DNA of 45,552 nt from Chloroflexota bacterium (GTDB lineage Bacteria; Chloroflexota; Anaerolineae; Promineifilales; Promineifilaceae): the NCBI GenBank assembly GCA_022616275.1, contig JAKEFB010000305.1, positions 1 to 45,552 of the forward strand, read 5' to 3'. The position numbers and the translations under genes were made by a program. The notes under the pieces are model-generated. The model ran no database searches, was not told where the DNA came from, and worked only from the letters and a program-made list of their open reading frames with translations. Positions 28,653 through 37,547 of the stretch are shown one piece after another; position 1 is the stretch's first letter; every line of letters starts with the position of its first letter.

Positions 28653-30809
28653 TCAGGATTGGGGCGTGTGAAAGCGCAGGGCCGGGTCGCCTAGCAGGTT
28701 AAAGGTGTGAATGACGTCCTTGAGAAATTCGTCGTCGGCTCCGGCGGTCTTGGCCATTTGCAGCGCCTCGCCCAACGTTTGCGCCTGGCCTTCCAGCAAG
28801 ACCTGGTAAAAGACCTCGGCCAGGGGGAGCTGCTGGATGGTCAGGGAGCGGCCGGAGGGGGCCACGGCCGCCACCACACCACCATCTTCGGCCCACAGCA
28901 ACGTTTCCGCCAGCGCGTCGGCGTCGGGATGGTTGAAGTAGCCGTTCAAGCAGGTGAAAGTGGTAAAAATGGGCAGGCGTTCCCCGTTAATGAGCGTCTC
29001 CGCATCCTCGGCCTGGAAGACCCGCTCGTCGCCCCAGACTTCTATGCTGCCGTGCCCGACGTAGTTGATAATACCCACCCCCTGGTTGAGGGCGCTAATG
29101 ATCGCGTCGCGGATCTCCTCGTTTTCAGACATGTACAGTTTTTGTGTCTCGTAGCCAATCTCTCCCAGGTCGCCGGCCAGGTCGTCGGAAGCTTCGTCGA
29201 AATCTTTTTCGTCGTCGGCCACCAGCAAGGCCCGGTTGAGCCACTCGGTTTCGGCTGCTCGTTCGTAGGCCAACGTCTTATTGACCATTGTCGCCAACTG
29301 GCCGGCGGTCTGGGCCGGAAAACGGCCGATGGCCAGCTCTGGGGATAGAGAGTTATCGTCGAAAATGGTGAACCAGGTGTCGCTGGCCACGTAACCGGCA
29401 AACTCGGTGTACACCAGGTAAGTAGGCAGCAAGTTCTGGTTTTTGCCCTGAGAAAAATTGTAAAGGTCGTAGGAAGCGTCGCCGACCAGGAGGACAAAGC
29501 GTGGGGCCGGCTCCCACTCGGCCACGGCGTAAGCCAGGAAGTCGCGAATGGCCTGTGGCGTCCGCCGGCCGTAGCCAAACTCGTCAAAGACCTGGCTGGC
29601 CAGGACGGCTTCGACCTGCCAACCCTGCAAGCGGCGGTACTCCAGCAGTGGGTCGAGGAGTGGTAAGAAACCCTCGACGTCGGCGACGATGGCCACGTAA
29701 TCGGCGCCCCGGCCGCCGCCGGTCAGCGGCTCCCAGGATGGGGCCGGGCTAATCTCCGGCCGGATGACGTGCTCCTGGAGAAAAACAAAATAGGCCCGCT
29801 CCTGGCCCCGGCCGGCAAAGGCCAGTTCTTCGCCGGCGGCCTTGGTTCCGGCCAGTCGGACCGGCGCGGCCGGGTCGGTCACGTCAAATACCAGCGCATC
29901 GCCGTCCACTCCGGCCACGCGCAGGGTAGGGGCGCTGCTGCGGAACCAGAGGCTATCGTCCTGGACCTCCAGGCGGCCGTCGTAATCCAGGCGGACCCAG
30001 TCAATGTACAGCGCTTCGCCGGCTGCCCCGGTATCTCCAGGGGCGTTAATGGTCAGAACGTTCCCCGCAGGGAGCAGGGCGCCGGCCTCCAGGGAGACAG
30101 TAATGGTTTTCTGGGTAATACCGTCCCAATAATAATCGTCCGGGAGTTTGGCGCCGTTAAGCAGAAGCTCAATGTGGTGGTCGGGCTCTTGCTGGGCCCG
30201 GTTGTTGGACCAGATGCGGATCGTAAGCTGGCCGGAGCCACCGGCCGGCTGGATGCCTTCCAGGGCCACGTCCAGCGAATTAGGGGCAAATAACCGTTTA
30301 CCGAGCCAGACGTCGTCGCCGGCCGCCTGGGCCAGGAACGTCTCGTTCTCCTCCCACGTTTGCCTTCGCCAGGCCACGGATTCGGCCTCTTCGCCAGGAG
30401 CGGCCGGGTCCTCCTCCATCAACTGGCCCCGCCCAGGCGCCAGCCAGTAAACCGCCGGCGCGTCCAGGGTGTCGGTCACCGGTTGGGCGTAAAAATAAAG
30501 CGAAGCATTGCGCCCCTCGCCGGCCACATAAAAAGGCACCGGCTGCCCGTCGCGAGTCAACTGCAACGCGCCGGCCGAAAGTCCCTCCACGGGCAGGTTG
30601 GCCTGGCGCAGGTCGCCGGCCGTCACAACGGCGATACCAGATTGATACACGGTCAGCCGCAGGGCCTGGGGCGCTTCACCCAAGGGTAGCGGCTTGATAT
30701 CCAGGGGATCGTCTTGGATACGGCTGCCCAGGAAAACGTAGGCGGCCGCGCCAAAGAAAAAAATGGTCAGACCGGCCAGGCCAGCCAGGATCAGGTGTTG
30801 TCTATTCAT
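28653..30809 (-). CDS. Peptidase C25 (gingipain) family protein
   Basis: ORF 28653..30929; start ATG 30809 (MNRQHLILAGLAGLTIFFF signal/TM anchor); catalytic-domain motifs …NYVGHGS…W… and …TCLNGYF…. Confidence 0.8.
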   Translation of the reverse strand: MNRQHLILAGLAGLTIFFFGAAAYVFLGSRIQDDPLDIKPLPLGEAPQALRLTVYQSGIAVVTAGDLRQANLPVEGLSAGALQLTRDGQPVPFYVAGEGRNASLYFYAQPVTDTLDAPAVYWLAPGRGQLMEEDPAAPGEEAESVAWRRQTWEENETFLAQAAGDDVWLGKRLFAPNSLDVALEGIQPAGGSGQLTIRIWSNNRAQQEPDHHIELLLNGAKLPDDYYWDGITQKTITVSLEAGALLPAGNVLTINAPGDTGAAGEALYIDWVRLDYDGRLEVQDDSLWFRSSAPTLRVAGVDGDALVFDVTDPAAPVRLAGTKAAGEELAFAGRGQERAYFVFLQEHVIRPEISPAPSWEPLTGGGRGADYVAIVADVEGFLPLLDPLLEYRRLQGWQVEAVLASQVFDEFGYGRRTPQAIRDFLAYAVAEWEPAPRFVLLVGDASYDLYNFSQGKNQNLLPTYLVYTEFAGYVASDTWFTIFDDNSLSPELAIGRFPAQTAGQLATMVNKTLAYERAAETEWLNRALLVADDEKDFDEASDDLAGDLGEIGYETQKLYMSENEEIRDAIISALNQGVGIINYVGHGSIEVWGDERVFQAEDAETLINGERLPIFTTFTCLNGYFNHPDADALAETLLWAEDGGVVAAVAPSGRSLTIQQLPLAEVFYQVLLEGQAQTLGEALQMAKTAGADDEFLKDVIHTFNLLGDPALRFHTPQS

Positions 30810-30817
30810 GGGCGACG

Positions 30818-31831
30818 TTAACTCTTGCGACGGGACAGCCAGTACCAGGTGGTAGCGCCACCGCCCAGAACCAGCAGTACGCCGGAGATGAAAACCAACA
30901 GACCCACAGTGGCGCTGCGGTTGAGCCATTCGCCCTCTTGTCCTGAGGTCTGGTTATCGCCGGCGCTCTCCTGGCCATTGCCGCCAATGGGCGAGGCGGC
31001 GATAGCCGTGGCGGTAGCCGACCGGGCCGAGGTCACCACCTCAGCCACCGTATCCGGCGGGTTGCCGGGAGCGCCCAGGCTGGTGACGCTGACCGGGTCC
31101 TGGGAATCGCCAGTGCCGGCCGCCACTTCCTCCGCTGGCGGCTCCACGGTCTCGCCGGGGCCAGTCGCCGGCAACGCCGGCAGGCTGTCGTTTGGTTGGT
31201 TGCCAACCGGTGAGGCTGCCGGTGGGGCGCTTTGCGCCGGCCGGGTGGGGGTGGCGCTGGACAGCGCCGGCGCGGCCGTGGCCGACGGGGCAGACGTGTT
31301 GGCCGGGGGGCGGGTGGTGGTGGGCGTCGCTTCGGCCGTGTCGCCGGGCTGGACCGTTGGGCTGGGCGTGGGGGTCCGGGTGGGCGTGGCGGTGTTGTTG
31401 CCGGGAGGCGGCTCGGTGGGAATCGTGCTCCCGCCGCTCAACGAGGCTGTGTCTGGGAGGGAGAACTCACTGTTGCCGTAATTATCTACAGACTCCAGCC
31501 AGTAGGTGTAAACAATGTTGCCCTGGACGGCGGAATCCTCCCACTCGTAAAGAGCGCCTGTCGGTCCATTACAGACCTGGCAGGGAATGAGGGTATTGCC
31601 GTTAATTTTGATGGCGTCGTCCAGGTCGCCGGTCTCGCTGCGATGAATGTTAAAGCCGAGGTGGTCAATTTCTGAAGCGGTTTCCCATTCCAGGGTAATG
31701 GCGCTCGGCCCGCTCTGGGCGTCAAAATAGAGTAACTCGACGTTGGCCATGGCCAGGTCCAACGATAAGGCGGCCGCCAGCAAGATCACGACAGGGACCA
31801 GCAGCCACTTTAACTGTTTAAAAGATGACAT
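30818..31831 (-). CDS. Secreted FN3-like domain protein with Pro/Thr/Ala-rich stalk, C-terminal TM helix and RRKS tail
   Basis: 337 aa; signal peptide; domain ITLEWETASEIDHLGFNIHR…YTYWLESVDNYGNSE (paralog of 38514..38876); C-term VGLLVFISGVLLVLGGGATTWYWLSRRKS. Confidence 0.7.
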   Translation of the reverse strand: MSSFKQLKWLLVPVVILLAAALSLDLAMANVELLYFDAQSGPSAITLEWETASEIDHLGFNIHRSETGDLDDAIKINGNTLIPCQVCNGPTGALYEWEDSAVQGNIVYTYWLESVDNYGNSEFSLPDTASLSGGSTIPTEPPPGNNTATPTRTPTPSPTVQPGDTAEATPTTTRPPANTSAPSATAAPALSSATPTRPAQSAPPAASPVGNQPNDSLPALPATGPGETVEPPAEEVAAGTGDSQDPVSVTSLGAPGNPPDTVAEVVTSARSATATAIAASPIGGNGQESAGDNQTSGQEGEWLNRSATVGLLVFISGVLLVLGGGATTWYWLSRRKS

Positions 31832-32444
31832 TCTCTACTCCTCTACTCCCTGTTGCCGGCTGGCTGGCCAGGCCGGCGGCAACGGCCAACAGGGCAGCCC
31901 ACCCGTACAACAGGCGGCGCACCAGGCGGGTGGGCAGGTTGGGCAGTCCCTGGGCGGCAAACCGCCCGCCGGCCATCAAAGATGGCCAGTTGTCCTGCCC
32001 CTCATTGTAAACCGGCGCGCTAAAAAGGCGAATATCCAGCCTGGCCAGGCCGGCCAGGGAGTGGTTTAACCGGCGGCCGGGCCCCTCGCTCAGGCTCAAG
32101 AGGCGGTTCTGGCGGCGGCGGGCCACCACCCGGCCAACCAGGCTGGCTTCGGCGACTGGCCGGTCAAAGTGCCGTTGCCGGTCTCCCCGCGTCACCAGGC
32201 GGCGCCGGCCGTTCTGCTCCAGGCAACCCCAGTAGCGGTGGGTCACCAGCTCGCCCTGGCCCATCACCACGATCACGTCACCGGGCTGCAGTTCCTCCGG
32301 CCGGGCCGGGGCAATGCCGATCTGGTCGCCCCGGCGCACCAGGGGGGCCATGCTGTTGCTGGCAATGGTCAGGAAAGGCAACTGGCCACGGGCCATCGTT
32401 TCGCGCAGCAGCTCGGCCAGGAGCGACGGTTCGACGTTGGCCAT
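31818..32444 (-). CDS. Peptidase S24/S26 (signal peptidase I-like) family protein
   Basis: 208 aa; SNSMAPLVRRGDQI Ser-box resembling SGSMEP/GDSM of S26/S24; hydrophobic segment near C-terminus. Confidence 0.6.
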   Translation of the reverse strand: MANVEPSLLAELLRETMARGQLPFLTIASNSMAPLVRRGDQIGIAPARPEELQPGDVIVVMGQGELVTHRYWGCLEQNGRRRLVTRGDRQRHFDRPVAEASLVGRVVARRRQNRLLSLSEGPGRRLNHSLAGLARLDIRLFSAPVYNEGQDNWPSLMAGGRFAAQGLPNLPTRLVRRLLYGWAALLAVAAGLASQPATGSRGVENVIF

Positions 32445-32452
32445 ACCCTTCT

Positions 32453-35400
32453 TTACGGCTTGTTGATCGCCGGCAGGAAGGTTTCCAACACCTGCTCGGG
32501 AATATGGAGCTTCATGGCCGGGTCGCCCAGGAGGATAAAAGTATCCTGCAGATCGTCGTAGATGCCCGGCGGCGCGTTGTTAAACAGATTCAACTTACCC
32601 CCGTAGGTGGCATGGCCCAGCACATGATCGCCGTTGACGAAGACAGTCGTGTAAAACCCTTCCAGGAGGTAATCGTGCCCGGTCTGGACCTGGAAACCGG
32701 TCGGGGCGAAGCTGGCTACGGCCCCGGCCCCGTTCAGTTTCATCAATGTTTCCGACAGGCCTTTGCTTGTCCCAGGCGTATGGTACCAGCCTTCCAGGCA
32801 GGTCATGGGTAGCATGATTGGCGTGCGGTCGCCGTTGTTCAGGTTCAGGGCCAGGTTGGTGTCGAAAAATGTTTCCCCGCCCCAGACCTGGGTGCCGCTA
32901 TGGCCGGTGTAGATGACGAAGTTCTGGCCCAGGTTGAAATGGGCAACGAGGCGCTCTTGCATGTTGTTGCCGGGAGGGGTGTTAATCATGGTTGCGTAAT
33001 AAGGCTCAATCACCGGGTAGGTAGCATTGGGGAAGCAGGCAGCAGGGGCATAATAGAGCCGGTGCAGCAGTTGGCCGGCCGGGAAGTGGTTGGCAATAAA
33101 GTTATTGGTGACGGCAAAAAAATCACCGGCCAGGTCTGGAATACAAGTTGGCGGTGGATTTCCATTGGGGACGATGCTGTTATCGGCGACGAAGAAGTGC
33201 CGGCCGTGCCAGCCGGGGCTCAACGGGCTTGTCTCGTAGGTGATGATCTTATTGACCATCACCGTCAATTCGGCCGGGGTCTGGACCGGCAGGCGGCCGA
33301 GGAGCATGTCGGCCAGGTCGTTGCCGTCGAAATCTACGTACTGGTTATCGGCCGCCGCTTCGCCGAGCTTGCTGTCAACGCCGGAGCGCAGGTAGACGGG
33401 GACCCTATTGCTGGTCCCGTTTTGGCCGAGCACGTTGCGGTGGTCGTAGCTGGCGTCGCCGGCCAGGAGCACGTATTCCCGGTCGCCTTGCCAGGAGTTG
33501 TAGGCGAATTCGAGGAAATCTTTGATCGCTTCCGGCGCATAGAGGCCATAGCTCCACTCGTCAAAAATGTCCTGGACGTAGACGGTTTTTACCGCCAATC
33601 CCTGGCCGGCGCGCAGCGTGCGCAACGGAGTCAGGGCGGCGTCCAGGCTGGGGTCGGTGATGATGATGTAGTCGGCCGTATGGCTGGTGCTGCTCAACAG
33701 GGGGCTGGGCAGCGTATCCTTGACAATGGCCAGCGGGCTGAGACGGGCGCCGGCTGTGGTCAGTTGGTAAGCTGTTGGCCCCGATGTCGTGCGGTGGAAG
33801 GTCGCAACATCACCGGCGGCCGGTACCACCTGGATGGTCGGGTTCAACGGATCGGTCACGTTGTAAATCTGGACGTTGCTCCCAACCGTGAAGCCGCTGG
33901 TCGCAAAGGTCCATGTTCCGGCCGTGGGTTGGCTGAAGGCCAGGCGATTGCTGACGGCCACAAATTGCTGGCGGGGGGTAACTTCCACCCAGTTGACCAG
34001 CATCCGGTGGGCGTTGTTCGTGGGGTCGCCGTCATTGTCCAGAGCTTTCACGTGCATAATATTCGGGCCGTCGAGTACTGCCGAAGAAGGCGCGTTGACC
34101 TGGTAAAGGTAAGAAACGTCGGCCGTGCCCGCACCGGTAAACTGGCCGGTGCCAAGCAGCGTGCCGTTGAGCCGCACTTCAAAGACGTGCAGATCGTTGA
34201 GCAGGTGGCCCCATAGCTCGACGGCTACAGGCACGTTGTATACGCCGCCGGCCTTGTTATTCACGGTAAAAGTAACCGTCAGGGTGTCCTCGTAGGGGGG
34301 GGCGGGGGGCGGGGGGGGTGGCTGGTTGCCGGCGAGAGGGCCGCCCCAGAACCAGTGGTCGGTCAGGTCGCTCTTAGGGATCGGGGAGAGGTAGCTTGTG
34401 TCTGTTTCCAGGTGCAGCAAGGGCGAATGGTAATCAGGCGTCGTTCCAGGGGCGGAGTCGCTGGCTGCAGTTATGCGTAGCCCGTTTGGCCCGCCGGTGG
34501 AGTAGGTGAGCCAATAGACGTTAGTCGTGGTCTCCTGGGTCTTGATGGCCTGGCCGTAAAAGGCAATGGTATCGCTGCTGCCGAACGTGCCGTCACCGCC
34601 GTCTTCGACGCGAATGCGGATTTCCTGGTCCAGGTAGCACATCCGGATCTTGCTGGAAGGTACGCTGCCGGGGAAGCCCTGGGCAGCCAGTTGGGCGTGG
34701 CTGAGGGCATAAATGCCAGACTGGTCAAGGGTGATGCGGTAAGCGTTGGCGTCCATGCAGGGGGAGATTTGCGGCGGGGCCTGGCTCATATCGGGGGCTT
34801 CACGCCAGGCGCGGGCCTGCTCGTAGTTGAGCAGGTGGTCACCGAGAATTTTCTCAAAAGCGGGGCCTTCCGGCCGGGAACCGGCCGGGGTGGGGCGGCC
34901 GTCAGGATAATCAAAGCGGACGTGGATGCGCAGGCTGGTGTAGACCGTGAGGCGCTGTTGGGCCGGGTTGGCCAGCACCGGCCGGACCCAGACCTGGACC
35001 ACCCGTTGGTCGCGCAAACGGGAGGGCTGGCTTAGTTCCACCGGCCCGGCCGGGAACAGGCTGTCCTGGCTATAGGCGGCCTCGTCAACCGGGTAGCTGG
35101 TGGCGAATTCAGGGACGGAGTTGGGATTATCCCAATCGTAGGAAACGAGTTCCTGGTGGGCGGCCGGCAGCACGGCCACCCCCTCAAGCTGGAAGCTGTC
35201 GGCCTCCAGCAGGGAAACGGATGGCGCTGCCCCAGGCGGCAAGGCGACCAGGAAACTGGTGTGAGGTAAATCTGGCCGGCCGGGCTGCCCCAGATTTCCG
35301 TAACCGGGAAGGCGGATGCGCTCGAAACGGCCGTCCCCGGTCGTCACGGCCATTCGCTCCAGGGCCGGGGGAAGCACCTCGAAAATCAGGCCTTCGCCGG

Positions 35401-35554
35401 TGGATTCAATCACAGTGACACCATCGCGGTCGGGCTGGCCCGGCCCGGCCCCGGCTGTTTCCGGCCGAGGGAGCAGCAAAAAAAACAAAATGACAAGCAG
35501 GCCACCGCCGAAAACGAAGAGATGGCGGGAGTGGTGATAAACGGAAAAACGCAT
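32453..35554 (-). CDS. Large peptidase C25 (gingipain) family protein with N-terminal propeptide-like and C-terminal catalytic domain
   Basis: ORF 32453..35620; start ATG 35554 (MRFSVYHHSRHLFVFGGGLLVILFFLLL); …VIYTGHSGTQVWGGE… and …PMTCLEGWYH… motifs. Confidence 0.8.
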   Translation of the reverse strand: MRFSVYHHSRHLFVFGGGLLVILFFLLLPRPETAGAGPGQPDRDGVTVIESTGEGLIFEVLPPALERMAVTTGDGRFERIRLPGYGNLGQPGRPDLPHTSFLVALPPGAAPSVSLLEADSFQLEGVAVLPAAHQELVSYDWDNPNSVPEFATSYPVDEAAYSQDSLFPAGPVELSQPSRLRDQRVVQVWVRPVLANPAQQRLTVYTSLRIHVRFDYPDGRPTPAGSRPEGPAFEKILGDHLLNYEQARAWREAPDMSQAPPQISPCMDANAYRITLDQSGIYALSHAQLAAQGFPGSVPSSKIRMCYLDQEIRIRVEDGGDGTFGSSDTIAFYGQAIKTQETTTNVYWLTYSTGGPNGLRITAASDSAPGTTPDYHSPLLHLETDTSYLSPIPKSDLTDHWFWGGPLAGNQPPPPPPAPPYEDTLTVTFTVNNKAGGVYNVPVAVELWGHLLNDLHVFEVRLNGTLLGTGQFTGAGTADVSYLYQVNAPSSAVLDGPNIMHVKALDNDGDPTNNAHRMLVNWVEVTPRQQFVAVSNRLAFSQPTAGTWTFATSGFTVGSNVQIYNVTDPLNPTIQVVPAAGDVATFHRTTSGPTAYQLTTAGARLSPLAIVKDTLPSPLLSSTSHTADYIIITDPSLDAALTPLRTLRAGQGLAVKTVYVQDIFDEWSYGLYAPEAIKDFLEFAYNSWQGDREYVLLAGDASYDHRNVLGQNGTSNRVPVYLRSGVDSKLGEAAADNQYVDFDGNDLADMLLGRLPVQTPAELTVMVNKIITYETSPLSPGWHGRHFFVADNSIVPNGNPPPTCIPDLAGDFFAVTNNFIANHFPAGQLLHRLYYAPAACFPNATYPVIEPYYATMINTPPGNNMQERLVAHFNLGQNFVIYTGHSGTQVWGGETFFDTNLALNLNNGDRTPIMLPMTCLEGWYHTPGTSKGLSETLMKLNGAGAVASFAPTGFQVQTGHDYLLEGFYTTVFVNGDHVLGHATYGGKLNLFNNAPPGIYDDLQDTFILLGDPAMKLHIPEQVLETFLPAINKP

Positions 35555-35831
35555 AAAGTAATTACCCCTAGACAGCAACAAGGGCCAGATAATTGGTTTG
35601 ATTATCCAGCCCTTGTCCACTTAGTAAGGGTAGACACCCTCCTGAGAGCTGTATACGGTTGTCGTCACCAGGGACTACAAACCCTGTTTTCTACCACTTA
35701 CCTGGTCCACGATTTACCCAACAACGCACTAAGCCAGCCAACTCTGGGGGAAATCGCCGCAAAGCTGCACGAATGCAGCCTGGAGTAGCTGGGCGTTGTC
35801 AGGGTGAGTGGGTCGAAGAAAGAAAAAATTC

Positions 35832-35972
35832 TTAGCTGCTGGTAACCGTGCAGTTGTCGCCCGTGCCGGTCTTACCGTTGACAGGGTCCTGAGCATCGCA
35901 GGTACCGGCAATGCTTTCCATCAATTCACGATGGACAACAGCGGGCTTTTCATAAACTTTCTTTTCGTTCAT
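35832..35972 (-). CDS. RiPP precursor peptide candidate A1 (46 aa)
   Basis: Not in ORF track (too short). Manual reverse translation: MNEKKVYEKPAVVHRELMESIAGTCDAQDPVNGKTGTGDNCTVTSS; GGAGGA RBS 6 nt upstream on minus strand; 39 C-terminal residues identical to A2. Confidence 0.7.
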   Translation of the reverse strand: MNEKKVYEKPAVVHRELMESIAGTCDAQDPVNGKTGTGDNCTVTSS

Positions 35973-36016
35973 CTGAATCCTCCTTTAAATTGACTAAAAA
36001 TAATAAGACAAAAGGC

Positions 36017-36181
36017 CTAGCTGCTGGTAACCGTGCAGTTGTCGCCCGTGCCGGTCTTGCCATTGACAGGGTCCTGGGCGTCGCACGTGCCGGCAATGCT
36101 TTCCATCAATTCACGATGGACGACGGCCGGTTTTTCGTAAGCCTCTTTTTGCTCGTCAGTGGGATTAGTTGGATTAGGCAT
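36017..36181 (-). CDS. RiPP precursor peptide candidate A2 (54 aa)
   Basis: Manual reverse translation: MPNPTNPTDEQKEAYEKPAVVHRELMESIAGTCDAQDPVNGKTGTGDNCTVTSS; start overlaps 3' end of radical SAM gene by 8 nt (GGAGTG upstream). Confidence 0.7.
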   Translation of the reverse strand: MPNPTNPTDEQKEAYEKPAVVHRELMESIAGTCDAQDPVNGKTGTGDNCTVTSS

Positions 36182-37253
36182 GAGTCACTCCTTTTTCTAA
36201 ATATGCCTGGCGTCGCAGCCGCGCTTCGCGGTAGGCAACTGAGGAGCAGCCAAGCATGTCACCATCTTCAAACGCTGCCGTACCATGGCAGCGCACACAA
36301 AACTGGCGAAGCTCGCAAGTGGCGCAAACAGGTAAGTTGGCCAGATTGAGGTTGGTGGTCTGCTCCCACACCGGCGATTCTTTCCAAATCTGGTGGAGTG
36401 GCGCCTGGCGCACGTTGCCGGCCGAGACACGAGCGCCCACACAGGTGTAAATCTCACCATAGGGGCCAATGTCCAGGCTGTTCATGCCAATACTACAAAA
36501 CCGAAAATCGTCGTTATAGGGGTACAGGTGCCAGGTCTCCGGGGAAACGCGTTCTCGCAAAAAATCCAACAATTGGTCGTCTGTCGGCCGGTGTTTTAGG
36601 GGCGAAAGGTCGCCGGTATGTTTGGGGATAATGGTCAGGTCGTATTGAAAGGTAATACCCAGGTCAGCGGCCAACTGTTTCAGAGCCTCAATTTGATGGA
36701 TGTTTTCCTTCATGACCGGCGTTTTAATAATGCAACGAACGTTACGCTCTAAAAGCAATTTGACCGCGCGGAGAGTCAGGTCAAACGAGCCTGGCACCTG
36801 AGTAATACCGTCGTGCGTTTCCGCATCTACCCCATAGACGCTTAACTCAACGACGACGGGTTTAATGGCTGCTATCTTATCAGCAACAGGGGGTTTGATC
36901 AAGATACCGTTGGTAAAGAAGCGAACGGCAAAACCCTTCTTGCGGGCGTACCCGGCGATCTCAAAAATATCCTTGCGCAAGAACACTTCGCCGCCGGAAA
37001 AGCTGATTGTCAGCGCCCCCAACTCGGCCAATTGATCAATAACCCCTTTGGCTTCCTCGGTCGTCAGCTCGCCCGGCAACTGAGAGCCTGGGGGCAGCAC
37101 GTCCAGATAACAATGGGTGCAGCGCTCGTTGCAACGGTAAGTGATTTCCCAATGGGCGGACAACAGGCGGTGTTCTTTGCGCGTGCGCCGCAAAATTTCT
37201 TTGTAAGCGTCGGGGCGGGTATTGGTGTTAACGTCTACGTACTGATCGGTCAT
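36174..37253 (-). CDS. Radical SAM enzyme with C-terminal SPASM-like Cys-rich domain (RiPP maturase candidate)
   Basis: 359 aa; CNERCTHC (CxxxCxxC) at residues ~41-48; C-terminal cysteines …FCSIGMNS…YTCVGARV…LPVCATCELRQFCVRCHG…. Confidence 0.85.
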   Translation of the reverse strand: MTDQYVDVNTNTRPDAYKEILRRTRKEHRLLSAHWEITYRCNERCTHCYLDVLPPGSQLPGELTTEEAKGVIDQLAELGALTISFSGGEVFLRKDIFEIAGYARKKGFAVRFFTNGILIKPPVADKIAAIKPVVVELSVYGVDAETHDGITQVPGSFDLTLRAVKLLLERNVRCIIKTPVMKENIHQIEALKQLAADLGITFQYDLTIIPKHTGDLSPLKHRPTDDQLLDFLRERVSPETWHLYPYNDDFRFCSIGMNSLDIGPYGEIYTCVGARVSAGNVRQAPLHQIWKESPVWEQTTNLNLANLPVCATCELRQFCVRCHGTAAFEDGDMLGCSSVAYREARLRRQAYLEKGVTHA

Positions 37254-37256
37254 TGC

Positions 37257-37547
37257 TTACGCTTCCCTTGCATCACTGAAAACTAACACCCGGTGGTTGG
37301 CCAGTTGAGTCAGGAAATCAACCACGTCTTGCCGGGCCTGTTCGGCCGTCACCTCATATTCGGCCACAATTACCCCGGCAATGTCGGCCACAGTGCGGCT
37401 ACCATCGGCCAACTCAAAAACACGCGATCCGACACTGTTCAAAACGTTGACTTCACTGGCGTCGGATAAAATGAGAACGGCTTCACCGTCTATAACCCGA
37501 CCGGCCGTCTGAGGATGCGGCCTGGGGTATTTCTGCCATATCTCCAT
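37257..37547 (-). CDS. PqqD-family protein (RiPP recognition element / peptide chaperone)
   Basis: ORF 37257..37613; likely start MEIWQKY… at 37547; …GEAVLILSDASEVNVLNSVGSRVFELADGSRTVADIAGVIVAEYEVTAEQARQDVVDFLTQL… typical PqqD. Confidence 0.7.
   Translation of the reverse strand: MEIWQKYPRPHPQTAGRVIDGEAVLILSDASEVNVLNSVGSRVFELADGSRTVADIAGVIVAEYEVTAEQARQDVVDFLTQLANHRVLVFSDAREA

Noticed and set aside
32900-34216. 438-aa plus-strand ORF
   Set aside because: Antisense to the large C25 peptidase gene.
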